DNA from: an uncultured Planctomycetaceae bacterium
Lineage (GTDB): Bacteria; Planctomycetota; Planctomycetia; Planctomycetales; Planctomycetaceae
Assembly (NCBI GenBank): GCA_963813715.1
Contig: CAWFAK010000005.1
Span: 1,376,001-1,440,000, forward strand
DNA length: 64,000 nt
Reading direction: 5' to 3'
Shown here: one piece after another, positions 41,247 through 53,152 of the stretch
Layout: the number at the start of each line of letters is the position of its first letter
How positions within the stretch are numbered: position 1 is the first letter of the stretch
Program-made: the position numbers and the translations under genes
Notes under the pieces: generated by a model
Database searches by the model: none
What the model saw: only the letters and a program-made list of their open reading frames with translations
What the model was told of the DNA's origin: nothing

Positions 41247-42254
41247 GTGAGTCCCACGAATCATCAATTTCGGCTGGCGGCCCGCCCGGTGGGCCTGCCC
41301 AAGCGATCCGATTTCAAGTACACGGAGGAGCCCGTCCGCGACCTCAATGCGGGCGAGGTGCTGGTCAAGGTGAACTACATCTCGCTCGATCCGGCCATGC
41401 GCGGCTGGATGAACGAAGGCCGTTCGTACGTGCCGCCCGTCGGCATCGGCGAGGTGATGCGGGCCGGCGCGGCCGGTCGCGTCGTCGCCTCCAAGAACGA
41501 TCGTTTCGCCGTCGGCGACGCGGTGACGGGTGGAATGGGCGTGCAGGAATACGCAATCTCGGACGGAGCCGGCCTGATCAAGGTCGACACCAGGGTCGCG
41601 CCTCTGCCGGTCTTCATCGGGACGCTGGGCATGCCCGGAATGACCGCTTATTTTGGCCTGCTCGAAGTCGGCCAGCCCAAGGCCGGTGAGACGGTGGTCG
41701 TTTCCGCGGCGGCGGGAGCGGTTGGCGGCGTGGTCGGGCAGATCGCCAAGATCAAAGGCTGCCGAGCGATCGGCATCGCGGGGGGCGCCGACAAGTGCCG
41801 CTATGTTGTCGACGAGCTCGGCTTCGATGCGGCCATCGACTACAAGCACGAGCAGGTGTTTGAAGCCCTGCGGAAGCACTGCCCGAAGGGGATCGACGTT
41901 TACTTCGACAACGTGGGGGGCGAAATCCTCGACGCGGCGCTGGCGTTGCTCGCGCGCGGCGCCCGCGTCCCGCTCTGCGGCGCGATCTCGCAGTACAACA
42001 GCAAGGGGGCGGAAGGCCCGAAGAATTACTTGTCGCTGTTGATCAACCGCGCCAGGATGGAAGGCTTCATCGTTTTCGACTACGCCAGCCGCTACCAGGA
42101 GGCGGCCGTGCAGATGGCCGGCTGGCTGATGGCGGGCAAGCTCAAATCCCGCGAGGACATCGTGCCGGGGCTCGAGACCTTCCCCGACACGCTGCTCAAA
42201 CTCTTCAGCGGCGAGAACAAGGGCAAGCTGGTGCTGAAAGTCGCCGACGAGTGA
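41247..42254 (+). CDS. NADP-dependent oxidoreductase (CurA/YncB, prostaglandin reductase-like)
   Basis: SLDPAMRG, GMPGMTAYFGL, SAAAGAVG, YFDNVGG. Confidence 0.93.
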   Translation: MSPTNHQFRLAARPVGLPKRSDFKYTEEPVRDLNAGEVLVKVNYISLDPAMRGWMNEGRSYVPPVGIGEVMRAGAAGRVVASKNDRFAVGDAVTGGMGVQEYAISDGAGLIKVDTRVAPLPVFIGTLGMPGMTAYFGLLEVGQPKAGETVVVSAAAGAVGGVVGQIAKIKGCRAIGIAGGADKCRYVVDELGFDAAIDYKHEQVFEALRKHCPKGIDVYFDNVGGEILDAALALLARGARVPLCGAISQYNSKGAEGPKNYLSLLINRARMEGFIVFDYASRYQEAAVQMAGWLMAGKLKSREDIVPGLETFPDTLLKLFSGENKGKLVLKVADE

Positions 42255-42266
42255 TCGCAGAAAAAC

Positions 42267-42353
42267 GGGTGGCACTGGCGGCTCGTCCGCCAGTGTCTTG
42301 CTCGTGATCGAGCCTTAAGAAAAACACTGGCGGACAAGCCGCCAGTGCCACCC
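42267..42353. repeat. REP doublet (GGGTGGCACTGGCGG...CCGCCAGTGCCACCC)
   Basis: Inverted pair between convergent genes. Family members also at 32224-32250, 48884-48978, 51594-51677 and 59360-59383. Confidence 0.85.
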
Positions 42354-42382
42354 AAGAGCACTCCGCCGCATTCCAGAGAATG

Positions 42383-44361
42383 CTAGTCGACCTCGGCCGG
42401 TTCCAGCTCGCGGCGGAACTGGTTGAATCGCATGTACTCCCAGTGCCGGAACAGGGACGAGCCCTTCACCAGCTCGGCGTAGGTTCCCTGCGATTCGACC
42501 GTGCCGTGGTGCAGGAAGACCACGGTGTCGGCCCGGCGGAGCGTCGAGAGGCGGTTGGGCAGGAAGATCACCGTGCGTCCGCGGACGATGCGGTTGTACG
42601 AGTCGTCCAGCAAGGACTTCGTGTCGTCGTCCATTGCCTCGCTCGGCTCTTCGATGATCATGATCGCCGGATCGCGGACGACGGCCCGGGCCACGCCCAG
42701 CCGGAAACCCTGCCCGGCGTCGAGCCGCTCGCCGTGCTCGCCGATCACCGTTTCGTAGCCCTGCGGCAGCTTCAGGATGAAGTTGTGCGCGTGGGCCGTC
42801 TTTGCCGCCTCGGTGACGTCGGGCAGCGTATAGCTGGAATGGCTGCAGATAATGTTCTCGGCCACGGTGCCGGTGAAGAACGGGTCGGCGCCGCCGACGT
42901 AGACGGTTTCGGCCCGCAGCGATTCGAGCGTACCCCAGGCGATATCTTCGCCATCAAAGAGGACGCGGCCCGATTGGGGCTCGATGAATCGCGGCAGCAT
43001 GCAAGCGAGCGCCCGCGCCTCGAGCGGGTCGAACGAGACAACGGCGATCACCTCGCCGGCCGTGAGCCTCAGGTCGAGCCCGTCGAGCAGCTTCCGCTTG
43101 TTGAGCAGCGTGTAGGAGACGGCCTCGAAGACGATCGAGCGTTGCACAGGCTCGAGAAACTTCGCGCCCACTGCCTGGCTGACCGCCGGAATTTGATTCA
43201 GGTAGCGATAGATGCGATCGGCCGCAAGCGAACTCTTGGCAAGCCAGACGGGCAGTTCCCACAACTGGGCCAGAGGCCGCGGCAACGACGCCAGACTCGC
43301 CAGCATCAACAGGGCCGCGGAGAAGGAGAGGGCGCCCGGCAGGAAGGAGGGCTGCAGCACCTTGCTCCCGATCAGGTAGGTCACGGCAGCCACGCACACC
43401 AGCACGAGCAAGCCAACGGCCAACCGCTGGAAGTGCAGCATGTTGAGCATGGTCAGCACGCTCGTGCGGAACTTCTCCAGGTGATGGTGGAACTGCTGAT
43501 GCTCGAAGTCTTCCATCCCATAGCCGCGGACAATTCGCGTCTTTCGCAGCCCCTCGGCCAGGAGCCGCAGACGCCGTTCGGCCCGCGCCTCTTCCAGCTT
43601 GCGTGCGGCGGCAAATCGCAGCCGCTGACGTTGCACGAGGAACCAGCAGCCACCCAGCAGGAGCAGACACTGCAAGCCGGCCCGCCAATTCACGGCCAAG
43701 ACCAATGGGATCAGCAGGATCAGCTGCGAGGGGTAACACCCGAGGCGATAAATCCAGGCCTGGATTCCGTCCCGCACCTGGTCGACTTCGTTCGTGAACA
43801 GGCCGATGACCTGCGTGCCGTCCGGATCGGTGAGGTCGCCGGGGCCCAAGCGGAGAGTCTGGCGGTGCAGCGTGCGGCGCAGGCGGGTGGCGACGTCCAG
43901 GGCCGCCCCCGTGCTGACGCTTTCTGCCCGCCACAGGCACACGCCCCGGAGGCAGGCAAACGCCAGCGCGATCAGCACCAGCAGGGCCAAGCTCCTGTTG
44001 TTTTCGCGAAACCAGCTGATGCGGTGATAGGCCCGCCGCAAGAGCGGGCCCAGAATCGGGGCCTCGCGGGCGCGCCAGGCGACCGAGCGCAAGCCCCCTT
44101 CGTCGCGGGCCGTCAACATGGCGGCCGCGACGTCGTCCGAGCCGTTCAGAAACTGGGCGAAGTCCGGCGCTTGTTCGAGCGTCAACTCGGGGAGACGTCC
44201 GCGGGTTTCCAGCAGGTCGGCGACGAGACACACGTCGACCAGCAGAAAGCAAAGGGCCACGGAGGCAAAGATGCCCCAGAGCAGGGCCCGCAGGGCTTTG
44301 CCCCGAAAGAGATCGCGCCCGGAAAAACCCGCTCGAGCGATTTGAAATGCGTGGATGCCAC
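42383..44361 (-). CDS. ABC exporter (TMD+NBD) with degenerate nucleotide-binding motifs; probable 5' frameshift near 44320
   Basis: Exporter TMD, AHAHNFILKLPQGYETVIGE, LDAGQ, IIEEP. The Walker A position reads VSFDPLEARAL. Confidence 0.8.
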
Positions 44362-44492
44362 GAGTCGCGCCGCTAGTTCAGCGTTGTTGGGCCGTCCGTG
44401 AAGGGGCTGATAACCCCGTGAGCTGCCCTCCGTTGGTGCTTCGTCATCGCGCGTTTGTCGCCCGCCCCCGCCGCGATCAGGGCCAAGAGCCC

Positions 44493-45428
44493 TCAGGCCA
44501 GATCGCGGTCCTCGAACAGGATGAACGCCAGGAAAATCGCCGCCGCACTGAAGGCGCCGCAGTACAGGGCGGCATAACCGAGGTAGTCGGCGGGCACGAG
44601 CCCGCCCGTGGAAATTGCCGCTTCGGTCTTGAACAGCTCGAGATTAGGCAGCGCGGTCGCGAGCAATTTGGCGGTGAACTGCACCAACTCGATCTGCAAC
44701 ACGCCCCGCTCCACCATCAGGCTGGTGACATGGCCGACGACGAAGATCGCAAAGCAGGTGACCATATTCACGACCATCGGCACCCGCGTGGAAATGGCGA
44801 CGCTCACCGCGGTCAGCAGGCAGATCTCGAAGAAGATCAGGATCAGCCCCGGGATCGTCTTCAGCATGATCGCCACTTTGTAGGCCACCTCCGGTTCCGG
44901 ATTGGCCGACTCGCGCGAATCGTAGCCGACTTTGTAGTAGACAAGCGCCAGGAAGATGATCATCAAGGGCAGCATCAGCCAGAACACGGCCGTCATGATG
45001 CCGACGAATTTCCCCAGCACGAACTGCCGGCGATTGATCGGCTTGGAGAGCAGCGTCATCGCCGTCTTGCCTTCGATCTCGTCGGCAATGCTGGTGCTCG
45101 ACGTCCAGACGGCCAGCAGCAGCCCGCAGATCAGGATGGTTGCCAGGCCGCAGTCCATCAGCATCTTGAAGTCTTCGCCGAACGAGAAGAACGGCAAAAA
45201 CGTGTTGGTGACCAGACTGATGAGCGCGAGCGCCATCAAAAGCGGAAAGAGCGGCTGGCGGATGGCTTCTTTGGTCGTCGCGCGGGCGATGACGCCGGCC
45301 CGCGTCGCATAGCAAAAGAGGGTCGTCGCCACGACGAGCAGGCCCGCGAACGGCGCCACGTACAACAGCGACCGCTCCTGGTAGTTGAGCGCCGACAGGA
45401 GGAGCGACCCCGACAGAAGATCCGACAT
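44493..45428 (-). CDS. ABC-2-type transporter permease
   Basis: [43 protein letters not shown]. Confidence 0.85.
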   Translation of the reverse strand: MSDLLSGSLLLSALNYQERSLLYVAPFAGLLVVATTLFCYATRAGVIARATTKEAIRQPLFPLLMALALISLVTNTFLPFFSFGEDFKMLMDCGLATILICGLLLAVWTSSTSIADEIEGKTAMTLLSKPINRRQFVLGKFVGIMTAVFWLMLPLMIIFLALVYYKVGYDSRESANPEPEVAYKVAIMLKTIPGLILIFFEICLLTAVSVAISTRVPMVVNMVTCFAIFVVGHVTSLMVERGVLQIELVQFTAKLLATALPNLELFKTEAAISTGGLVPADYLGYAALYCGAFSAAAIFLAFILFEDRDLA

Positions 45429-45759
45429 GATCCGAGCCTTGATTCTTCAAAGAGAGGACGTGGCGGTCGTAAAACGCGGCCGGCGCCAGACAGAGCCGGG
45501 ACGCCTCGCGCACCGGTCAGGGCCGCGTGCCACCCTCCTACGTCCACCTTAATCAAAATGTTGGATCGAAAACACCTAGGCCCGGACACTGCGGACGGAC
45601 TGAAACTGGTGATTTCCGCGCCGAGCCCCGTTTATCGATCCCTCCACTCAATTTAGCCGCCGGCTGAGCCCAAGAAAAGCCGCAAAGTCTGCGGAGAACG
45701 GACTGTCGGCGCAAGTACTCGACATGCGGCAGAGAGCGCCGAGTGCCTCAAATCGGCCT

Positions 45760-46056
45760 CTAGCGACGCACCTCGAAGCCGGCGAAGGGCTCCTTCGGGC
45801 TGCAGTCTTCCTCGGTCCGCCGCTCGATATGGCCGGCAAAATGCTCGTCCAGCCGGGCCAAGAGCTGTTCAATGTCGGTCTGCGTTCCGTGGGCCACCAG
45901 CTCCACCGACCCGTCGGGGCGATTGCGGACGTACCCCTGAACGTCGCAATCCTCGGCCAGGTGGGCCGTCGTAAAGCGAAAACCGACCCCCTGCACGCGC
46001 CCGAAGAAGAGGAGACGGCGGGTCTGCGAATCGTTGGCGGGCCGGTCGGCGGTCAT
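45760..46056 (-). CDS. acyP: Acylphosphatase
   Basis: GRVQGVGFR, GYVRNRPDGSVE. Confidence 0.92.
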   Translation of the reverse strand: MTADRPANDSQTRRLLFFGRVQGVGFRFTTAHLAEDCDVQGYVRNRPDGSVELVAHGTQTDIEQLLARLDEHFAGHIERRTEEDCSPKEPFAGFEVRR

Positions 46057-48866
46057 GGCGTGTGCGGCACCACGCGAAGCAGGAGCGGTCGCGAGGTTTG
46101 AGCGCCTTCGCGGTCGGCGACGGCATGAATCAGCCGTTCGGACGGCCGCACCCATTTCGCCGCCGTCAAAAAGACCTGTCGCTCGTTCTCGCCGTCCCGC
46201 ACCATGATTCCGTTCAGGCCGATGTTGTCCACGATTACGCCGTGGGGCAGGTTCTCGACCTCGAACCGCAATTCGCCCTTGTAGCCGTGCCGTTCGATTT
46301 GCAACAGGGCGGTCACCGACTGTCCGGGCTCGATCATGATTTCGTCGGTCGGAGTGTCGGCATCGCCGGGCGATTCGGGGCGCAATCGAGCAACCAACCT
46401 GGGAGGCGGCCACAGCGCGACCTCCGGGGGCGCCACCCGCTTCACGACCTCATGGTCGGCGATGTTGGCAACCGCCGTCACCTTAAGAGCCTTCCAAGCC
46501 TCTGCGCCGGCCGGCTTGGCATCGGGGTCGGTGTTGATCGTCCCCCGGGCCTCGAGATGCCCCTGCTCGACCACCAATGGGGAAGTGAGGTGATAGCCCT
46601 TCGGGACTCCTGAAAACTCGACGCGAACCTCTCCCTCAAAACCGTCGATTCGATCGAGGGACACGATCAACCGCTCTCCACCGCCAGCTGGTACATTTAA
46701 TAATCGCGGGTTCAGCGAGACCGCGAAATCCGGCTGCGGCCGCCGCACCGTGAGCGTGTATTTGAATTTGTCGCCGCCGTAGCCGCGCGTGTCGGCAACG
46801 CGAACCAGGTAGTCGCCGTCGGCCGGAGCGGTGAACGTCAGCCGCGAATCGCGGCCCAATTTGCGGGACGCGTCGTCATCGTTGGCGTAATAGAGGGGGA
46901 AGACGGGCAAGCCGTTGTCGGCGAGCTTCGTGCCTGGCGCGTAGGGCTCGACAATATAGACGGGCTCGTTGAGCGCGTGGTCGACGGCGCTCGTGTCGAA
47001 GTAGCAGCGACGGGCCCCGTTCATCGTGTACAAGTCGTATTCCGAATCGGGGCCGCGGGGCGCGCGAAACAGTCGGCAGACCTCGCCCGACATATAGAGG
47101 AACTGGTTGAGATCCATTTTGCGCCAGTTCTCCAGCCGCACGCCCCCCTGTTGGGAGTTGATCGGCCGGAACGTCACTTCCGAATCGCGGACGGCCCGCA
47201 GCAGGCAGCGCACGATCGGCGCGCCGTCGGCCTGCAGTACATCGATCCGCGTGTCCGCGGGGGAACCCTTCCGCGCCGCCTCGGTCTCGACGATCCAAAC
47301 CTCGCCCGCCCGCGCATGAAAGCGGTAGTAATCGACGTCCGCGTGTGCGTCTGGCCCCTTGAGCACACCCGAAACCGTGGCGGGAAGAGCCAGGCGATTC
47401 GCGGTGGCGGGCGTATCGTTGGGTTCTTTTTCTTGGCCGGCGCTGGCGGAACCCGCGCTGGGCGCGACAGCCGGCAAGGAGGCGTAATCGAGCGGAGGGG
47501 CAGCGTGCGTCGGACCGGCGGACAAGTCGGCGAGCGAACGCACCGACAGGCTGCCGTCGATGCGGCCGGCGGCCAGCGATTTATCGTCGGGCGAAATCGC
47601 AAGAGCCGTCGTCCAGTCCGAGTCGTCGGTGAAGCGCGCGGCCTGCTCGTAGCGAGCGGCGCTCCACACTTTGACCGTGCGATCTTCCGACGACGAGACG
47701 ATCCACCGCCCGCCGTGCGAAACGGCCAATCGCAAGATCGGGCCGTCGTGGGCAAAGAGTGACTCGACGATTTCGTTCGTCCCTTCCTTGGCCGAATCGC
47801 TCAACTTCCAGACGCGGATCCGGCTGTCGACGCCGCCGGCAACCACATGGCGGCCGTCGGGCATGAACGCGACGGCGTACTGCTCCTTGAGTGGCTGGCT
47901 GAACGTGTCGAGCCGTTCGCCGCGGGCCACGTCCCACAACTTCACCGTGCGATCGCCGCTGGCACTGGCCAGGAGGCGGCCGCTGGGATCGAAGGCGACA
48001 TCGAAGACGGGCCCGTTATGCCCGCTCAACACCCGCAGCTCCTTGCCGGTGGACGTGTCCCACAGGCGAATCGATTGATCGTAGCTGCCCGTCGCCGCCA
48101 GTTTGCCGTCCGGACTGATCGCCGCGCTCAGCAGCGCGTCGCGATGACCGCGGAGCGTGAGCTGGCGCGTCCAATCGGCCGTGCTCCAGAGCGTCAGCTC
48201 GCCGAACAAGCCGGCTTCGCCTGCCGCGGCGAAGAGCAGCGACCCGTCGGCGGAGAAGCCCACGGCGTTTACGCTTCCCGCCAATTCCGTCAGTTTCTGC
48301 ACGGGGGTGCGCGTCGACGCCGAGAGAATCGTCACGCTGCGATAACGGGCCACCGCGAGAAACTGTCCGTCGGGCGAATAGGCCAACGCGTGAATCGGCC
48401 GTCGCGGCTTCCCTTTGGGCTCGATGCGAGGAACCGTCAACGCCAAGGCAGAGCCGGCCCCGCCGGTCGAGTTCTTCGCTCCGGCCGCGATCCAGGCTTT
48501 GAGGACGTCGATCTCCGCCGCGTTCGGCCCCACGTTGCCTTCCGGCGGCATGGCGGGCTCGGCTTTCTTCTCGAGCTGGCGAATCATGCGGCTCTCGGCC
48601 GCCTTGCCCGCGACGAGAATTGCCCCGTGCTCGCCGCCGTGCAAGACCTGGGCGTGACTCTCGAGCACCAAACCGCCTTGAGCTTCCTGTGCGTTGTGAC
48701 AGCCGAGGCAATACTTGCGAAAGATGGGTGCCACGTCGCGAGCGTAATCGGGCACCGACTTCGCGGGAGTGCTCTTCCCCGGCCTGGCCCCGTCACCGGC
48801 GAACACCGGCGGCGCGGCGAACGCCACCAAAACGCCGACAGCCGCGCAAAGAATTGGTCGGTTCAC
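46053..48866 (-). CDS. Planctomycete cytochrome c + WD40 + PPC-like domain protein
   Basis: DYARDVAPIFRKYCLGCH, multiple GH..WD repeats, EKEPND, DVDYYRF. Confidence 0.88.
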   Translation of the reverse strand: MNRPILCAAVGVLVAFAAPPVFAGDGARPGKSTPAKSVPDYARDVAPIFRKYCLGCHNAQEAQGGLVLESHAQVLHGGEHGAILVAGKAAESRMIRQLEKKAEPAMPPEGNVGPNAAEIDVLKAWIAAGAKNSTGGAGSALALTVPRIEPKGKPRRPIHALAYSPDGQFLAVARYRSVTILSASTRTPVQKLTELAGSVNAVGFSADGSLLFAAAGEAGLFGELTLWSTADWTRQLTLRGHRDALLSAAISPDGKLAATGSYDQSIRLWDTSTGKELRVLSGHNGPVFDVAFDPSGRLLASASGDRTVKLWDVARGERLDTFSQPLKEQYAVAFMPDGRHVVAGGVDSRIRVWKLSDSAKEGTNEIVESLFAHDGPILRLAVSHGGRWIVSSSEDRTVKVWSAARYEQAARFTDDSDWTTALAISPDDKSLAAGRIDGSLSVRSLADLSAGPTHAAPPLDYASLPAVAPSAGSASAGQEKEPNDTPATANRLALPATVSGVLKGPDAHADVDYYRFHARAGEVWIVETEAARKGSPADTRIDVLQADGAPIVRCLLRAVRDSEVTFRPINSQQGGVRLENWRKMDLNQFLYMSGEVCRLFRAPRGPDSEYDLYTMNGARRCYFDTSAVDHALNEPVYIVEPYAPGTKLADNGLPVFPLYYANDDDASRKLGRDSRLTFTAPADGDYLVRVADTRGYGGDKFKYTLTVRRPQPDFAVSLNPRLLNVPAGGGERLIVSLDRIDGFEGEVRVEFSGVPKGYHLTSPLVVEQGHLEARGTINTDPDAKPAGAEAWKALKVTAVANIADHEVVKRVAPPEVALWPPPRLVARLRPESPGDADTPTDEIMIEPGQSVTALLQIERHGYKGELRFEVENLPHGVIVDNIGLNGIMVRDGENERQVFLTAAKWVRPSERLIHAVADREGAQTSRPLLLRVVPHTP

Positions 48867-48883
48867 AAAGAAGCTCTCGATTC

Positions 48884-48978
48884 GGGTGGCAATGGCGGCT
48901 CGTCCGCCAGTGTCTTTGTCTTTGCCGTCGTTTTTTCGCATGCAAGAACCACTGGCGGACTAGCCGCCAGTGCCACCC
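48884..48978. repeat. REP doublet
   Basis: GGGTGGCAATGGCGG...CCGCCAGTGCCACCC. Confidence 0.8.
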
Positions 48979-48987
48979 ATTCGCACG

Positions 48988-51721
48988 TTAGTGATTGAAC
49001 AAGAACTCGTTGCTGCTCAGCACGCTCCAGTAGAGATCCTCGATCGCCTTGCGGCGGGCGCGGACCGACTCGGCGGGAATCTCGCGAACCCGCTTTTCGA
49101 CCGCAGCGACGGCTTGCTGACGTGCGGCCGGATCCTTGATCGCAATCGCCGCGGCAATGCGACTTTGAACGTCGGCCAGCGCCGGCAGGCGATCGCTGTC
49201 TTCCACTTGGGCGAGGGCCGCCGTCAATTTCTGCCGCTCCGACGCCGTCGGCAACCGCGACAAGGCGGCCAGATACAAATCTTCGACGACGGCTCCATCG
49301 TCCGCCGCCAGCAGGTGATCGATGCGATTGCCGCTCGCCTCGATCTTGGCGTTGAGCGTGTTGCCGTTCGTGAGGTGCAGCACCTGCGACATGCTGGGTT
49401 CGTTGGAGCGCTCGCACTCGCACGTGATCAATCGCTCCGGGCGGCCGAAGACGCCGAGGAAGTACGAGTCGGCCTCCGAGTCGGCCAGCTGCGAGCGCCC
49501 GCGTGCCGGTCGGCTGTCCCTTGAACGTCGTGGGCGAGCCGGTGACTTGCGAAAGAGCGTCCAGCAACACTTCGGCCTTCAGACGCCGCGGCAAGAATCG
49601 CGAATAGAACCGCTCGTCCCCTTCGTTGCCGGTCCGGGTGGCGCTCGAGCGTTGATAGGTGGCGGAGATGAGGATCTGCCGCATCAGCGATTTCAGGTCG
49701 TAACCGTTTTTCGCCAGGTCGTCGGCAAGCGCCGTCAACAGGGGCGCGTTGCTGGGCGGGTTGGTCAATCGCATGTCGTCGACCGCCTCGACGAGCCCGC
49801 GCCCGAAAAAGTTGGCCCAGACGCGATTGACGATCGAGCGGCTGAAGTACGGGTTCTTCGGATCGGTCAGCCAGTCGGCCAACACGGCGCGTCGATCGGC
49901 CGTCGCCCCGAGGGCGATCGGTGCCGCGTCGAGCGGCCGCGGAGACTGCGGATGGCCGGTCCGCGGCTGGATCAGGTCGCCGCTATCCGCGACGAAGATA
50001 ATGCGACTGTCGTCGCCGTCCTTGCCGCGGACGCGCGCGAACAGGTTGGCCATCCCGTAATAGTCGTCGTTGGTCCACTTCTCGAGCGGGTGGTCGTGGC
50101 AATGAGCGCACTGAATCGACATGCCGAGGAAGGCCATCGAGACCGTTTCCGCCATCTCCTGCGGATCCTCGTGCATGGCGTAGAAGTTTGCCGCCCCGTT
50201 TTCCGTCGTGCTGCCACGGGACGTGACGATCTCGCGCACGAACTTGTCCCAGGGCTCGTCGTCGGCGACGCGCTTGCGGATCCAGTTGGAGAAAGACTTC
50301 ACGCCGCTGGGCCGCAAGCGGGCCGCGGACACCAGGAGCAAGTCGGACCACTTCGCCGACCAGTAATCGACGAACTCGGGACGGGCCAGCAGGTCGTCGG
50401 CCAATCGCACGCGTTTGTCGGGCCGGCGATCCGCGAGAAAGGCCCGCGCCTGGTCGGCCGTCGGCAAGAGGCCGATCGTGTCGAGGCTCGCGCGACGCAG
50501 AAAGTCGGCGTCGGAACAAAGCGGCGACGGCGGAATGTTCAGCCGCTCGAGCTTCGTCAGCACCAGGTCGTCGATCACATTGCGGCGGTCGGCCTTGGTA
50601 AACGTGTCGGCGGCGAGTCGCGTGTCGTAGGGAACCTGCACCGTGCCCAAAACGGTTTTGCTCAGATACCAGGCGCTGATCGAGCCTTCGCCGTTGCCGG
50701 TGATCTTCACCTTTCCGACGTCGTCCACCTGGCAGACGGTTTGATTGGTGGAGGTGAACTTGGCCCAGGTGGTCACGTCTTCGGTATGGCCGTCGTTGAA
50801 ATGGGCCAGGATCAACACCTGTTGCTCGTCCCCCTTTTTGAGCACCAGGTCTTCGGGGACGATTTCGAGACGTTCGATCCGCGGATCGCTGGGCATGGGA
50901 GCCGGCTGGCCCGCGGCGATCCATTCGGCCAGCACGCGATACTCGTGCGAGTCGACCTGGAATCGCAGGCCGCCCTTGTGCGGAATCGCGCCCGACGGTT
51001 TGAGCAGGACCAGGCTCCGCCCCGGATCGCTCGGCACGATCCGGCGTCCACCGGCTTGCCGCGTAATCGCCAAAAAGTCGGCCGGCGGATCGTATCCGCG
51101 AAGCGACAACTTGAAGCCGTTCTTCCCCGCGGTCGCTCCGTGGCAGGCCCCCGAGTTGCAACCGGCTTTCGTCAGCACCGACTGGACGTGATTGCGAAAG
51201 CTCCAAGACTCATCGATCTTTTGACGCTCGACCGTCACTTCGATTTGCGCGGTCTGCTCGTGCCAGCGGGCTTGAATCGTCGCTTTGCCGTCGCCGACGG
51301 GAATCGCGACGGAGTTGCTCACCCGCACGACCTTCGGGTTGCTCGAGTTGAAAACCACGCCTTGCGTTGCCTGCCCGATCCAACGGCCCTGCAGCCGTCG
51401 CTCGACGACGAGGGCCTGCCGCGCCTTGGGACCGTGCAAAACCATCGCGTGCGGCAGGATGGCTAGCGACTCGCCGCTAGCGGCGGCCGTCGCGGGCGAG
51501 AGAGGCTCCGCACCGTGCGCCACGAGGGCCGCGGTCAACACAAGGACCGCGAGAGCGCCGCGCGTGAGAATCCACTTCAGACCAACAGTAAATGGGTGGC
51601 ACTGGCGGCTTGTCCGCCAGTGTCTTATTCCCGGGCTCGAACGCAGATCACTGGCGGGCAAGCCGCCAGTGCCACCCGGAAGTGGCTGCGTTCTCCCGAA
51701 TGCGATCGTAAAGCGGTTCAT
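48988..51721 (-). CDS. DUF1549/DUF1553 protein with Ig-like domains, frameshift near 49495; start uncertain
   Basis: CNSGACHG, FLRRASLD, CAHCHDHP, NRVWANFFGRG, RRLKAEVLLD, CECER, EFLFNH. Confidence 0.88.
51594..51677. repeat. REP doublet at or inside the 5' end of the DUF1549 gene
   Basis: GGGTGGCACTGGCGG...CCGCCAGTGCCACCC, 84 bp. Confidence 0.8.
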
Positions 51722-51774
51722 CGAGGTGTTTGCCTTTCGGCAAGCTGCGACGGCGGGATGAGATTGAGGCGGGA

Positions 51775-53152
51775 TCAAAACAGTTCGGTGACGGGCTTCG
51801 TGCCCGAATCGACCAAGGCAAACGGACGGCCGGCGGGACCGGGCAATTGGGTTTCCAGGTCCAATCCCAGGCTGTGGAAGATCGTGGCGACGACTTCGTT
51901 CGGGGCGACCGGACGCTCGGCCGGGTATCCGCCGATCGCGTCGCTGCGACCGACCACGCGGCCCGCCTTGCACGCCGCCGCCGGCGAAGTAACTCGTCCA
52001 GCACTGCGGCCAATGGTCGCGTCCGCCGGCCGGATTGACGCGCGGCGTGCGGCCGAACTCCTGCAGATTGCAGACGAGCGTGTTGTCGAGCATGCCGCGC
52101 TGATTCAAGTCCTCGATCAGCGCGCTATACGCCTGGTCGTACATCGGCGCCACGATGTCGCGCATGCCTTCGATCGACGTGAACGGCTTGGTGCCGTGGA
52201 TGTCCCAAGTGATCTCGTCGAAGACGGTGAGGAACGTGTTGACCGTGACGAACCGCACGCCCGCTTCGATCAAGCGTCGGGCCATCAGGCAGCACTGGCC
52301 GAAGCGGTTGCGGCCGTAGCGGTCGCGGACCGACACGGGCTCTTGCTCCAGGTCGAAGGCCGATCGCGCCTGGCGACTGGTCATGATGCGGAAGGCCGCA
52401 TCGAAATTGCTGGTGAGCAGTTGCTCGTTCTGGCTCGTCTCGAAGTGATCGATCGTGTGCTCGACCAGGTCGCGGAGCTTGCGGCGGCGGGCCAGGCGGA
52501 CTTCGCCGATCTCTTTGGGCGGCAGCAGGTCGGGAACTTGAAAGTGCGGCTGCGACGGATCGGCGTTGAGCACGAACGGATCGTACGACTTCCCGAGGAA
52601 GCCGGCGTCCTGACCGTGGGGCATGTTGCCGCCGGTCGGCCCCATCGGCTTCGGAAGGAGCACGTGGGCCGGCAGGTCGCTCCGCCGTCCGCGCAGATAC
52701 GAGAGGACGCAGCCGGCGTGCGGCGTATTGATGCCGCCCGTGAAGAGCCGCCCGGTCTGCAGCATCTGGTGGCCCGTGTCGTGAACGGCCGCCGCCGTGT
52801 GATAGCAGCTGCGGACGAGCGAGAACTTGTCGGCAATGCGGGCGTGCTTGGGCAGGATCTCGCTGATCCCGATCTCGGGCGCGGCGGTGGAGATTTGCCG
52901 GAAGGGGCCGCGGATTTCGGCCGCCGCCTCGGGCTTCATGTCGAAGACGTCGAGCTGGCTGGGAGCGCCCAGGTTGAAAATCATGATCACCGAGCGCTCG
53001 TCGTAATCCTTGGACACGGCGCCGGCCGCTTTGAGAGCCGCGTAATCGACGAGCGACAGGCCGATGGCGCCCAGGGCGCCGGCCTGCAGGAAATCACGGC
53101 GCGTGAGACCGTCGCAGGTATGCGTCCTCCCTCGACCGCTGAACTGCAACAT
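51775..53152 (-). CDS. DUF1501 family protein, frameshift near 51960
   Basis: TRRDFL, GAPSQLDVFDMKP, ARRLIEAGVRFV, WDIH, EFGRTP, GRDHW. Confidence 0.9.

Noticed and set aside
39873..42275. 800-aa ORF, and other long antisense ORFs (e.g. 42380..44401, 49322..51466)
   Set aside because: These are GC-rich shadow frames opposite well-supported genes; only 39873..40970 looks coding.
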